Shown piece after piece: positions 24,469-36,996 of a DNA stretch of 47,924 nt. Under the pieces are notes generated by a model, which worked only from the letters and a program-made list of their open reading frames with translations, had not been told where the DNA came from and did not search any database. The DNA is taken from assembly GCF_004010195.1 (NCBI RefSeq), contig NC_057718.1, positions 79,377,808-79,425,731 on the forward strand, given 5' to 3'. The stretch comes from Chiloscyllium plagiosum (lineage: Eukaryota). The first letter of the stretch is position 1, and every line of letters starts with the position of its first letter. The position numbers and the translations under genes were made by a program.

Positions 24469-24787
24469 TATCAAACTTAAGCTTGCTTTGATATGTAGCA
24501 ATTGACAGAAGGATATTTCCCATCTCTTTAACCTTCCCTCTGGTCTTCAGAATCTGCTCACATATGCCAATCCTTCTCACTCTGAGCCTGCAGTAATAGC
24601 ACTGCTAGCTGATGCCACTGGGACTACAGAGCGGTTGGTCATCCAATTCCAGCAGCTATTTAAGGCGGGATTTCTTCCTTTTCAAGGCCGGAAGTCTCAC
24701 CTTAAAGCAATAATGCTGTTACAAGCATTGCATTGCTACTAGGCTGTTCTCAACAGTGTGGGAGCTGTTCCTCTTAGCATTTTAATT

Positions 24788-24857
24788 GACAATATAGCTG
24801 GGGGTGGGGAGGGCTGAGCATGGACAATATAGCTGGGGGTGGGGAGGGCTGAGCATG
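24788..24857. repeat. Perfect 35-bp tandem duplication
   Basis: gacaatatagctgggggtggggagggctgagcatg x2. Confidence 0.95.
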
Positions 24858-25661
24858 AATTGGGCCATGTTTTCAGTAATGGGCCTCTCTGAGTAAATGT
24901 AAGTACATAACACAAGGGGGTCTACCAAGTTGAAAGACCTGTCAGGATTTGTTGAACTGCCTTTGGCTTGTGCAATAATGGAAATATAATGGAAATGCAG
25001 TAAATCTCCTATACATGTCCTCTACAGACATTCTTCCTAAAGTGGATGCCCAGAATTGGCACAATATTTCAGCTGGGACCTAACCAGCAAAGTATGTTAG
25101 CATAATCACTTTTTTTAAAAAAAGTCTCTGCTTCTAATTCTCAAATGGAGATTTTCATATGCTTTTTAAATAGCCTGCCACCTTTAAAGATTTGCATATG
25201 ATCCATCCCCCACCCCATTTTCCTATTGTCAGATCTCTGTAGAGACTGATAACTGTCACATTCAAATTTCCAATTAGCTGACACAAGAGTTTCAAGTTTT
25301 AAAGAGAAAACCTTTTACATAAAAAAGACGAGCACTATTGACTTCACACTAAGCAATTTTAATTTAAACTAAAATTCCAAGAAGAATTCTCCACATTTTA
25401 CTTCTAATTTCAGATGAGAACTTTTTAAAATGTTAAAATTTCTATTCATCAATGTGTGTCTCAGTTCCCAGGGATTCTCACTGATTCCCTTTAGCTTCCT
25501 ACTCTGGGACATAGACTTCCACAATTCTTTCTGTAACGACTCCATGGCTGATCTCTTCTATTACCTTCACTGGGCACTCTTTAATTCTTATGGATTCATA
25601 CCTTCATTCCAATCATAATTCTTATACAATGTTTCACAGAAACATCCCTAACTCCTGAGGT

Positions 25662-25760
25662 AAAAACAGAAAGTGCTGTAGAAACTCAGCAGGTCTGGCA
25701 GTGCCTGCAGCAGCAGAAACAGAGTCAATGTTTCAAATCCAATGTGACTGGTCTTTGGAA
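25662..25760 (-). mobile_element. Old pLTR-like/MER6-like short element
   Basis: aaactcagcaggtctggcag...agaaacagagtcaatgtttc is homologous to 40256-40350 and 41018-41150. Confidence 0.65.
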
Positions 25761-26207
25761 GTGGTTCCCAAGAGCCCTTCCTTCACCAATCACAAACTGT
25801 CTTCCCACAAATTTCTCCAAGGCTACTGCCTCACAATCAAATTGATAGAGACTCCTTTCAACGTAACTCTATGGCCTCTGATTTCTTCTGATCTTATTCT
25901 TTCTCCTCACATCACATCCATTAAACAGGATCACTACCTATGGGTCCTCCTTCCCAATATCTTAAAAATCCCCAAATTCCTGCTGTCTAATAGTCACACC
26001 CTCCACTTTCTAACTGTATGCTTTCCTGTGGAATTGAAATTAATATTCTGGATAAAACTATACACAGAGGCTTTTCTTATTTCTTTATAGGTCGCATCCT
26101 GTAATGATGCAGCAGGCCTCAACTGTGATACTAATAATTAATCAGCTAAAAGGATTGTTTGAGTTACAGAAGTAGCTGAGAGCAATAAAATTGTAAATTA
26201 TATTTTT

Positions 26208-26430
26208 AAAAATTCAGTCAAAGGATGTGGGTGGCTGGCCAGCATTTATTGCCCATGAGAAGGTCGTGATAAGCTGTCTTCTTGAATCTCTGCAGGCCAT
26301 GCTCTGTAGATACACTTAAAACGCTACGAGAGAGGGAGTTTCAGGATTTGACCCAGCATTTCTGAAGGAATGCCAATATGTTTCTAAGTTGGAATATTGA
26401 GTGGCTTGGAGAGGAATTTGTAGATAGTCG
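26208..26430 (-). mobile_element. CR1-like LINE 3' end
   Basis: gatgtggg...ggccagcatttattgccc...gagaagg matches 39980-40200. Confidence 0.65.
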
Positions 26431-28584
26431 TATTGTAGGATTAGTAGGAAAATTATCATTTCATGATTCATGACTCTGCTTAGCCTCACTTGACAAAGAA
26501 ATGCACCATGGATTGCAAACAGATTAAGACAATACATGAATGTTTTAGAGGAATGGATCAAGGCCGAAGGACGCATGGTTAGCTTATTCCCATTTCATGA
26601 TTGTAAGAACATGCAAAGTTCATGGCCAAACAATAAATAACATGCACACCCAGCCTATTAGCTCCTTAATAGCAACCAGAAGGCAGGAGGGAATTACTGT
26701 ATTGTAAAAATCATGGTCACTTCCACTGCCTTTATTTGAATTTGTTTAGAAGTGAAACAATTGTCAAAAGATTAAGTTTAGTTACATATAATAGTTTAAT
26801 GTAACCTTTGTATTACAGTTCATTTTGTAACAATGTGTGCTTATCTTTGTAATCATATAATCCTTTAGACTTTGATCTCTTAAAACACTGTATGGACTGA
26901 TTGTCTTAGAATATTTTATCGTTCTTCTCTGATAACATACCCTACATAACAATTTTTTAGATTAGTATTTTGTGATCTTTTACATTGGTTCATATAGTTG
27001 TGAAAGCTATAAAAAATCGTTCACATACCCTTCTTTTTTCTGATGTATTTACAACGAGACAAAAAAAAATCTATCAAATAAACCCAGAAGATCAAATACT
27101 AAAGTTGCTTGATCTAATGAAGAACTTGTATAAATTGACAAATAGCTCTAAGGAAGAACAATTGGTCAGTGCTAACAAACAGATAAAGAACACATCAAAT
27201 TATCCTCTTATTTTAGCAAACAGTCATAAAAATGTCAACAACAAAACTTAATAAAGATGGTGCATCCATGGGTAATTGACAGCTTAAGGAACCAGTCAGG
27301 ACACAGTGGGAGGTAACATAAGTCAATGTTGATCACCCTTTAGAGCCAATTAGCAATGGATCAAGTGTTCCTTAAACCAATTAGTAATAAGCCTTACCTT
27401 ATCTAATCAGAATGCAATGATGTAATTGATCATGCAGTGGGTGGTGGCTTGGAAAGAGTTTAATAAGCAGCAGCTTTTTAGTAACTAAAGGCACACATAT
27501 GAAGATTGAAAGTGAAGTTACCTGTTGTCCAAGTTGGAAGCATAAGATCCTTGAGGTATTAGAGAAAGAACATGTGTCAACTTAATGCCTTAAGCTGAAC
27601 CAGAAAGCAACAGCCATAATATGATCATAAAGTTGCTGCCCTGCTTTGATGTGTGTTATTTATAACTTCAGTAAGTTTTCTGAGTTATTGCACCAGACTA
27701 TCTCCTGCTGCTTTATTATCTCAAATCAAAAGAAAAATTAATATTGCAATTTGAATTGAACTTGCAATATTCCCATTTATTTGCTATCCTTGTCCTTCCA
27801 GATGGCAAAGCTTTTGGGTTTGGAAGTTGCTGTATCAGGAATTTCTGCAGTGCATCACACGCTACTGCTACTGAGCTGTGGTGGTGGAGAGTGAATGAAC
27901 CCCCCGGTGCTCACCTTCCACCCCACCAACCTTCGCATAAACCAAATCATTCGACATCATTTCTGCCACCTCCAAAAGGACCCCACCACCAGGGATATAT
28001 TTCCCTCCCCACCCCTTTCTGCCTTCTGCAAAGACTATTCCCTCCGTGACCACCTGGTCAGGTCCACGCCCCCCAACACCCCACCCTCCCGTCCTGGCAC
28101 CTTCCCCTGCCACCGCAGGAATTGTAAAACCTGCGCCCATGCCTCCTCCATCCAAGGCCCCAAAGGAGCCTTCTACATCCATCAAAGTTTTACCTGCACA
28201 TCCACCAATATCATTTATTGTATCCATTGTTCCTGATGCATAGGGGAGATGGGACACCTCCTAGCAGAGCGCTTTAAGGAACATCTCTGGGACACCCGCA
28301 CCAATCAACCACACCGCCCTGTGGCCCAAAATTTCAACTCCCCTTCCCACTCAGCTGAGGACATGGAGGTCCTGGGCCTCCTTCACTGCCACTCCAATCC
28401 CTGGAGGAAGAATGCCTCATCTTCCACCTCGGAACACTTCAACCCCAGGGCCTCAAAGTGGACTTCACGAGTTTCCTCATTTCCCCTTCTCCCACCTCAC
28501 CCCAGTTCCAAACTTCCAGCTCAGCACTGTCCCCATGACTTGTCCTACCTGCCTATCTTTCTTTCTACCTATCCACTTCACCCT

Positions 28585-28865
28585 CCTCCATGACCTATCA
28601 CCTCCATCCCACCTCCATTCACTTATTGTACTCTTTGCTACTTTCCCCATCCTCCTCTCTGACCTATCACCTCCATCCCCATGCCTATTCACCTATTGTA
28701 CTCTTTGCTGCCTTTTNNNNNNNNNNNNNNNNNNNNNNNNNNNNNNNNNATGGACAGAGTAGCTGGGATGACCTCCCTTCCACCTGTCCGCTCCACCCTC
28801 CCCTCTGACCTATCACCTCCATCCCACCTCCATTCACTTATTGTACTCTATGCTACTTTTTCCCC
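28585..28865 (+). repeat. ~70-bp pyrimidine-rich repeat units in the PLE tail
   Basis: tgacctatcacctccatccc...attgtactct occurs at 28591, 28660 and 28806. Confidence 0.8.
28717..28749. other. Assembly gap (33 N)
   Basis: Run of n. Confidence 1.
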
Positions 28866-28916
28866 ACCCCCACCCTCCTCTCATTTATCTCTCCACCTTG
28901 CAGGCACTCTGCCTTT

Positions 28917-28952
28917 ATTCCTGACGAAGGGCTTTTGCATGAAACATCGATT
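28917..28952 (+). ncRNA. Minimal hammerhead ribozyme motif
   Basis: CTGACGA-AGGGC TTTT GCAT-GAAACATC: core intact, stem II weakened. Confidence 0.65.
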
Positions 28953-29529
28953 TTCCTGCTCCTCGGATGCTGCCTGAATTGCTGTGCTTTTCCAGCACCA
29001 CTCTAATCTAGAGTTTGTTGATTAGGTGCCTATCAAATGGACTGCTTTGTCCTGGATAATGTCAAGCTTTGGGAGTATGGCTTGAACTGCACTCTCCCAG
29101 GCAAATGGAGAGCATTTCATTCCAATCCTGATTTGTACCTTCTAATTGATGGGTAGACTACATGATATCAAGAAATGCAGGATCACTTGCCACAGGATCC
29201 CTAACCTCTGACATTCTCTTATAGCCACATTATTTACATGGCTAGTCCAATTCAGTTTCTGGTCAATGGTAACCCCTAGGATGATGACAGTCAGGGATTT
29301 AGCTATGGTAAAGTCATTGAATGTTTAGGGGTGATAGGTAGATTCTCTTATCGAAGATGACTATTGCTTGGCACTTGCATGGCATAAATGTTACTTCCCA
29401 TTTCTCAGCCGAATTCTGGATATTGTTCAGATCACTCTGCACTCAGTACAGACTACTTCAAGATAAGAAGAGTTGCAAATTGTGCTCTAAATGACAGCTG
29501 GATGGTCCTTGTGCTCGCTGCAGTTAAAT

Positions 29530-30270
29530 GTTGACCATCCAACCTGACCAAAGCAGCCTGGATGGAGATAACAGTAGAGGTAGCAGACTTGGGGTCATTG
29601 ATAGACCAAAGATTCACTGTCAAGAGTCACCTTAAGATCTGCCAGGATGAGTGTGTCTTCATTATTGAAACTTGCATGCATGGAACATTTAGAGAAGACT
29701 CCATCAGAGTATTGTGTTGTGTACTTGCCAAAAGTTAGAGTTGACATGATCCACAAATGCTTATATAAATGACTCAAACATCTATGAAGAAGTTGCAGTG
29801 GATGGGGTTGCAGGAGAATGTGAATGGTAGAATGGTTACAGAGTGCTATTTCAGAACTGAAGAAAGGTCAAAGGACTTGAAGCATTAACTCTGTTTCTCT
29901 CTCTGCAGATGATGTTGGACCTGCTGAGTCTCTTCAGCCATTTCTGCTTCTGTTTGTTTCAGGTTTCCATCATTTGTAGTTCTTTTTGTTTTATTACAAA
30001 GTGATAATTGTTTTGCAAAGTGTGCTGTGTGCCTGGAGCATTCTCATAGACTATATATGTGAAGGAATGATTGTACAAGAGATTCAAAATCATTATGTTG
30101 TTCCACTATAATACTAGGAGAAAATGCCACACAATACTAGAAAAAAGTATTAAGATAGGAGGTGATGTGCCAAACCAGCCACCCTCAGACATGTAAAGCA
30201 GGAGGTATTGGAGCTTTTTGCATATCAGTGAAGTTGGTCCATTGGTAGAGATGAGGAGAAAGATCCAGGT
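29530..30270 (+). mobile_element. Probable decayed PIF/Harbinger Myb/SANT-like gene
   Basis: NLTKAAWMEITVEV (~29550) and, after an AG at 30116-30117, EKMPHNTRK../IGGDVP../TLRHVKQEVLEL across frameshifts. Confidence 0.45.
29846..29993 (+). mobile_element. Old pLTR-like/MER6-like short element with decayed hammerhead
   Basis: CTGAAGA-aaggtc aaag gactt-GAAGC attaactctgtttctct...; flanks ttacagagtg/ttacaaagtg. Confidence 0.65.
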
Positions 30271-31589
30271 TGGTGAGATTGCAAGAGGCCATGTTTATAA
30301 TTCAGTGAGAGATGTGTTCAGGGGGCTAAGGAGAGTATGAATGATACCAGGATATGTTGTTGTGATGCTGTGATGGTCTCTGGTTTTGAACAATTTCATG
30401 TATTGGGAAAGATGGTAAGATGCATGTTGGATGCCAGGGAATGCAAGCAAAAGATAACATCTCATTATGTTTTCAGTGCTGCTCATTAGAAACTTTATCT
30501 CTGTGCACTCACCTCGAAAGGTGAAGATGGCTTTAACCTTCCCTGTCTTTGTCTCATGCACAGATTGCTGCCACAAGCCCCAAGAAACCAACACTAGTCT
30601 CTGAGGAGGAAGAGGAAACCTCTTGCTCTGCACCCAATACTGGATTGCAACACTAGACTGAGTAAGGAAACCATAAACTGATGAGGGTGCATCAGAGTCA
30701 TGTACGCAGATGTCAGGTTCTGAGATGGAGTTGTCAGGTGAGTGGTTGGAGAAGAGCTAAATGCTGCATTCCAGTATGACTATTGTCTGGCATCCTCTGT
30801 AAGGCAGAGGATGCTGCAAGGTGTGTGGAGATCTGGTGGCGATACCAGAGGAGTTTTGTGTTTTGGCACAAAGTTTAGTGCTGTCCATTCAGGCTGTGTG
30901 TACTGCAATCTTCCCCTCCATAGAATATATGGCTTCTTCCATTGACTGTCTTGAATCAGGAGAATACTAATACAATTGTGGTATGCATTCTGACCTGCAC
31001 TCCGTCACCAGGGGTCCAGGGCCATGGTGATTAGAGAGCAAGAAGCATTGTGTCCCTCCAAGAAAGTAGGGGAAGCTAAATGGATCTTGTGGTAGAGTGT
31101 GAGCAGCATCTGATGCAATCTTAGGCCATTTCTGATGGAGACCACTTTTCTCTATCCTCCTGCAATTAGCATAGAGATTTTCAAGAGCCATGGTGGTAAA
31201 AGGCCCTCTTGCCATTGTGCAGGAGATACTCACGATGTTGGGGCCCTCACAGCCTCTAGTGGCTGGAGGATGGTACCTAGATGACACAGATTAGAGAACA
31301 AAAGGTCCAACAACTGTATCCAGTGCAGGAGCAAGTGAGGGTACAGCATGACATCACAGCACCTGGAAAGAGCCAAGAATCCCCACAGCAGCCATGCTTC
31401 AGTACAGATGGATGAATTTATATTTTGCATTATTTGCAATTAGCAGTGACATTCTATGTACATAAATGATGTCTTGTTTGAACATTCTTGAAGATTGATT
31501 TACCAGATGTATTGAGATGGACTACATATTAGAGAGCTCCTCCAGATGTCAGAACCTTATTTTGAAGACACCAGTAAAAGGGAAAGACC

Positions 31590-34500
31590 GAATCTCACGG
31601 TTGGTGTGTTGCCTCCCAGGTGCCAGGGTTCGTGATATCTCTGTGTTTTCAGGATTGTTGAGGGGGAGGGGGGGTAGCCCCGGGACATGGTCCACATAGG
31701 CACTAACAAAATAAGTAGGAAAAGGGATGCAAATTTAAGGCACAAATTCAGGGAGCTAGGGTGGAAGCTTGGAGCTAGAACATAAAGTTGTTATCTCTGG
31801 TTTGTTGCCCCTGCCACTTGCTAGTGAGGTGAGGAATGGGGGGAGAGAGAGGCGTTGGACATGTGACGACAGGAATGGTCAGGAGGGAGGATTTTGGATA
31901 CCTAGATAATTGGGGCTTATTCTGGGCAGGTGGGACCTCTACAAACAAGATGGTCTTCACCTGAATCAGAGAGCTACCAATATCCTGGGGGGAGGGGAGA
32001 TTTGCTAATGCTGTTTGGGCAGGTTTAAACTAATTCAGCTGGGGGTTGGGAACCTGAATTGTAGTCCCAGTGTCCAGAAGGTTGAGAGTAGTGAGGTCAG
32101 AAATATGGTTTCAAAGTCACAAAAGTGCACCGGCAAACAGGAAGGTGAATTGAAGTATGTCTATTTCAACGCTAGGAGTATCCAGAATAAGGTGGGTGAA
32201 CTTGCAGCATGGGTTGGTACCTGGTATTTCAATGTTGTGGCCATTTCAGAGACATGGATAGAGCAGGGCCAGGAGTAGTTGTTACAGGTTCCGGGATTTA
32301 AATGTTTCAGTAAGAATGGAGAAGATGGTAAAAAAGGGGGAGGTGTGGCATTGTTAGTCAAGGACATTATTACGGTGGCAGAAAGGATGTTTGAGCACTA
32401 TGGGCAGAGGATAGAATCAGGAAAGGAGAGGTCACCCTGTTGGGAGTTTTCTATAACTACTCCGAGTAGTTCCAGAGATGTAGAGTACCTTAGATGGGTC
32501 AGTTTTTGTCCAATGTGTACAGGAGGGGTTCCTGACACAATACGTAGACAGGTCAACAAGGGGCAAGGCCACATTGGATTTGGTACTTGGTAATGAACAC
32601 AGCCAGATGTTAGATTTAGAGGTAGGTGAGTACTTTGGTGATAGTGACCACAATTCAGTTATGTTTACTTTCGTAATGGAATGGGATAGGTATATACTGC
32701 AGGGCAAGAGTTATAGCTGGGGGAAAGGCAATTATGATGTGATTAGGCAAGATTTAGAATGCTTAGGATGGAGAAGGAAACTGCAGGGGATGGGCACAAT
32801 TGAAATGTGGAGCTTATTCAAGGAACAGCTACTGAGTATTCTTGAAAAGTATGTACCTGTCAGGCAGGGAGGAAATGGTCAAGTGAGGGAGCTGTGGTTT
32901 ACTAAGGAAGTTGAATCTCTTGTCAAGAGATTGTCAAGAGGCTTATGTTCGGATGAGATGCGAAGGCTCAGTTCGGGGGTGCTTGAGAGTTACAGGTTAG
33001 CTAGGAAAGACCCAAAGAGAGAGCTAAGAAGAGCCAGGAGGGAACATGAGAAGTCATTGGCAGATAGGATCAAGGAAACCCTAAAGCTTTCTATCGGTAT
33101 ATCAGGAATAAAAGAATGACCAAAGTAACATTAAGGCCAATCAAGGACAGTAGTGGGAAGCTGTACGTGGAGTCTGAGAAGAAAGGAGAAACGCTAAATG
33201 CTTTTTTTTGTCTGTATTCATACTAGAAAAAGACAACGTTGTCGAGGAGAATACTGAGATACAGGCTACTAGACTAGACAGGATTGAGGTTCACAAGGGG
33301 GAGGTGTTCTGGAAAGTGTGAAAATATGTAAGTCCCCTGGGCCGGATAGGATTTATCCGAGGATTCTCTGGGAAGCCAGAAGAGATTGCAGAGCCTTTGA
33401 CTTTGATCTTTATGTTGTCATTGTCTACAGGAATAGTGCCAGAAAACTGGAGGATAGCAAATGTTGTCCTCTTGTTCAAGAAGGAGAGTAGAGACGACCC
33501 TGGTAATTATAGACTAGTGAGCCTAACTTCGATTGTGGGTAAAGTGCAGGAAAAGGTTTTAAGCGATAGGATTTATAATCATCTGGAGAGGAATAAGTTG
33601 ATTAGGGATAGTCAACACGGTTTTGTGAAGTATAGGTCATGCCTCACAAACGTTATTGAGTTTTTTGAGATGGTGACCAAACAGGTGGATGAGGGCAAAG
33701 CGGTTGATGTGGCGTATATGGATTTCAGTAAGGCTTTTGATAAGGTTCCCCATGGTAGGCTATTGCAAAAAATACGGAGGCATGGGATTAAGGTTGATTT
33801 AGCAGTTTGGATCTGAAATTAGCTAGCTGAAAGAAGACAGTGTAGTAGTTGGGAAATGTTCTTCATGGAGTTCAGTTACTAATGGTGTATGCAAGGATCT
33901 GTCTTGCGTCCACTGCTATTTGTCATTTATAAAAAAATGACCTGGATGAGGGTGTAGAAGGATGGTTTAGTAAATTTGCGGATGACACTAAGGTCAGTGG
34001 AGTTGTGGACAGTGCCAAAGGATGTTGCAGGTTACAGAGGGAAATAGATAAACTGCAGAGCTGGGCTGAGAGATGGCAAATGGAGTTTATTGTGGAAAAG
34101 TGTGAAGTGATTCAGTAGGAGCAACAGGAATAAAGAGTACTGGGCTAATGGTAAGATTCTTGGTAGTGTAGATGAGCAGAGGGATCTCTGTGTCTATGCA
34201 CATAGATCCCTGAAAGTTGCCACCCAGGTTGATAGGGTTGTTAAGAAGGTGTACAGTGTGTTAGCTTTTATTGGTAGAGGCATTGAGTTTTGGAGCCACA
34301 AGGTCATCTTGCAGTTGTACAAAACTCTGCTGTGGCCACACTTGGAGTATTGTGTACAGTTCTGGTCACCACATTATAGCAAGGATGTGGAAGCTTTGGA
34401 AAGGGTTCAGAGGCGATGTACTAGGATGTTACCTGGTATGGAGAGAAGGTCTTATGAGGAAAGGCTGAGGGACTTGAGACTGTGTTTTCATTAGAGAGAA

Positions 34501-34870
34501 GGAGGTTGAGAGGTGACTTTAATTGAGACATATACGATAATCAGTGGGTTAGATAGGGTGGACAGTGAGAGCCTTTTTTCCTCTAATGGTGATGGCTAGC
34601 AAGAGGGGACATAACTTTAAATTGAGGGGAGATAGATATAGGACAGATGTCAGAGGTGGTTTCTTTACTCAGAGTAGGGGCGTGGAACGTTCTGCTTGCA
34701 ACAGTAATAGACTCGTCAACGTTAAGGACATTTAAATGGCTATTGGATAAACATATGGATGAAAATAGAATAGTGTAGGATAGATAGGCTTGAGATTGGT
34801 CCCACAGATTGCGCAACATCAAGGGCTGAAGGGCCTGTACTGGACTGTAATGATCTTTGTTCTGTATGTT
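31590..34870 (+). mobile_element. CR1 LINE, long degenerate copy (ORF1 esterase part, ORF2 endonuclease-RT, 3' UTR)
   Basis: VCCLPGARVRD, DGLHLN, YFNARSIQNK, VAISETW, GGGVALLVK, SDHN, GNYRLVSLTS, YMDFSKAFDKVPH, KFADDTK, LEYCVQFWSPHY. Confidence 0.95.
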
Positions 34871-34978
34871 CAAATTGTCTGGATCCTGATGGCTTTTGTT
34901 GTGCTGTGGTTCACATTGCAAATAAATTGATCAACGCAACACTGCTCAGTGATATGATTGAACCTGTTTATTTGTCAG

Positions 34979-35070
34979 GCTGGATTTTAGCCTGGAGATC
35001 TACAGTTGGACCCCTGATATCGAAAAAGTACAGAACCAATTCCGACCTGTGATTTATAGCAGCTACCCAG
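34979..35070 (+). other. Candidate internal exon (92 nt), gene unknown
   Basis: Acceptor tttatttgtcag, donor CAG|gtaagc; only one open frame (LDFSLEIYSWTPDIEKVQNQFRPVIYSSYP). Confidence 0.35.
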
Positions 35071-35844
35071 GTAAGCATCTGCAGAGAGTGGAGCCATATA
35101 AAATCAGTTTGGCAGTGTTTGATGCACTTCAAAAACAGCATAAGAAAATCTTCCCAACCCAATTATTTTAGTGTTAAGTGAGAAGTAATGTGATGTAAAA
35201 GCTTTTATCCCTCAAATGTGAAATAAAAAGCATAATGTTGTCATAAGATTGTAAGGTGGTCATTTTTCTGGATTAATTCACTGATCCAGAGAGATTAGTG
35301 TTCTAACTTTTATTTAAGATAATTCTAAGGCTTTAATTTCCACCACTCTCATAGCGGGTCTTTTCCAAGTGTTGAAATCTGATTCTGTTCGACAATTGTT
35401 TAAAACCAGGTCTATCTTTTGATTGCTTGGTGTAAGCGTAAGGAAAAAGTCAATATGTCCTTCCATCTGCCACAAGGCAGTTTGATTCAGTGAAAGATTT
35501 TTTTTTAGAAGTCCTGTGTGTAAATGAGATTGGTCAGATCATTTCAAAATAAATTTCTATTGTTTCATACTGAATAGTGAATGAATGTTTGTTCTGTACA
35601 GACGCAGAATGCTGATCTTCACTCTACAGATTGGGCTAAAGTATTTAATCACTTAATTACTGAAGAAATACTGCTGTGATGAGTAAGTATGAAATCTAGT
35701 TTAAACAGATGCTGCATTAGAAATTTGTCTCAAATAATGGTGCAAAATGGGAGTTTTTATTTTTAAAAATCTAGATATGCTCTTACACACAAACTAATTG
35801 TTTTTTTCCCAATACCAAATCACCTGTGTTTTTTTTTCCCATCT

Positions 35845-36140
35845 ATTAACCACCACCGGTAAATCATCCATATTTTCCAATCGATTAATTTACATGCAAG
35901 TTCAGTTAAGAGTAATGCAGTCCATCAAAGGTGAGGGAGAGTGGGAAAAATGGGATTATTTTTCCATCAACGTTTTTTTCTCCCCTCCCCACCCACCCCC
36001 ATTGATTGATTGATTGATTGATTAACACCAGCAAATCACCCATGTTTCCAATTGAACAATTTACTTGTAAAGCCCATTAAAGGCAATGCAAACCATTAAA
36101 GGTGAAGGAGAGGTGGGGAGCGGAGGAAATGAGAGTTATT
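35845..36140. repeat. Diverged ~115-bp direct repeat pair flanking an (ATTG)n microsatellite
   Basis: 35845-35960 aligns with 36021-36140; (ATTG)5 at 36001-36023. Confidence 0.7.
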
Positions 36141-36584
36141 GGATGGGCTGTCTGACGTATAGCACCTGATATTCATTTACACTACAGTCAGTGGAGTTAA
36201 ATATGAGGACTGATCAGTATGGTACCAAGTGACTGGTCTATTTCCACAGTTTGTGCTGCAGTCTGTGAAAATTTATTTCATTATCTCAAAGTCCTTACTT
36301 TCATCTTAGTTACCAACAGTGCTGATTTCATTTTAATAAGTAAATATTGACCATGTATTTATGGGTCATGTTTTTCCAGCCCTATCCTGAAAGACTCAAA
36401 GTACACCCTCTCATTTGGCAGCAAGATATCCTAATCCTGTTGTATTCAGGGGAAATAAGTGTTTCATTAAACAGAGGCAAAGATAAGGACACTAGGAATA
36501 AGTGATTTTAGTTATCTGGAAGGACAGAATGGGCTGGGACTCCATTTTTTTTTGCATTTTAGAAAAGCAAATGTTTAAAAGTGA

Positions 36585-36935
36585 CCTAGCAGAGTTTTGA
36601 AAACTTGTGAAGTTGTTTATTGGATAATTGTCAGGGGGATAAGTTGTTTACAGTTGTTGGGAATCCAAAACCAGAGGAAACTAAGGTAAGACAGTTGCTA
36701 ATAAACTAAATTGGGAATTCAGGAGAAATTTCCTTTTATGTAATTTGTTATAAATAAAGACCTAGTAGTTCAAATGAAAAAGATGCTTCATAAGTAAATA
36801 AAGCAGAAGGAAATAGATGGCTGCGTAGATAAGGTTAGATTAATTATGGGTTTAAGGTGTGGAGCATAAATACCAGCATTGCCCATATGGGCTGAATGGC
36901 CTCTTTATGTGCTGTAGTTTCATATAATTCTATGT
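36585..36935 (+). mobile_element. Old CR1 3' fragment
   Basis: gaattcaggagaaatttc...gtggagcataaataccagc...gggctgaatggcctctttatgtgctgta...attctatgtaa. Confidence 0.65.
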
Positions 36936-36996
36936 AAATAGCCCTCCTATGAAGAAATGGAAAATGTTGCTGAATTTCATACATTTTGGTATAGTA

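Larger units (their letters stand above)
27898..29012 (+). mobile_element. 5'-truncated Penelope-like element (linker, GIY-YIG remnant, pyrimidine-rich repeats, pLTR)
   Basis: PPVLTFHPTN...SLRDHLVRS...GTFPCHRRNCKTC...FTCTSTNIIYCIHCS...GE..LAERFKEH...PVAQNFNSPSH. Confidence 0.9.
27780..29485 (-). mobile_element. CR1-like LINE fragment split by a PLE insertion
   Basis: 27780-27897 and 29013-29485 are colinear with the family at 40200-40990. Confidence 0.7.

Noticed and set aside
26090..26175. Strong acceptor ttttcttatttctttatag
   Set aside because: No matching donor or recognisable peptide downstream.
28585..28865. Regularly spaced repeats resembling a CRISPR-like array
   Set aside because: Whole units repeat without unique spacers, they lie in a PLE tail beside an assembly gap, and the DNA is eukaryotic with no cas genes.
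31590..34870. Active autonomous CR1
   Set aside because: Numerous stops, frameshifts and deletions in ORF2; no intact retroelement ORF is present anywhere in the window.
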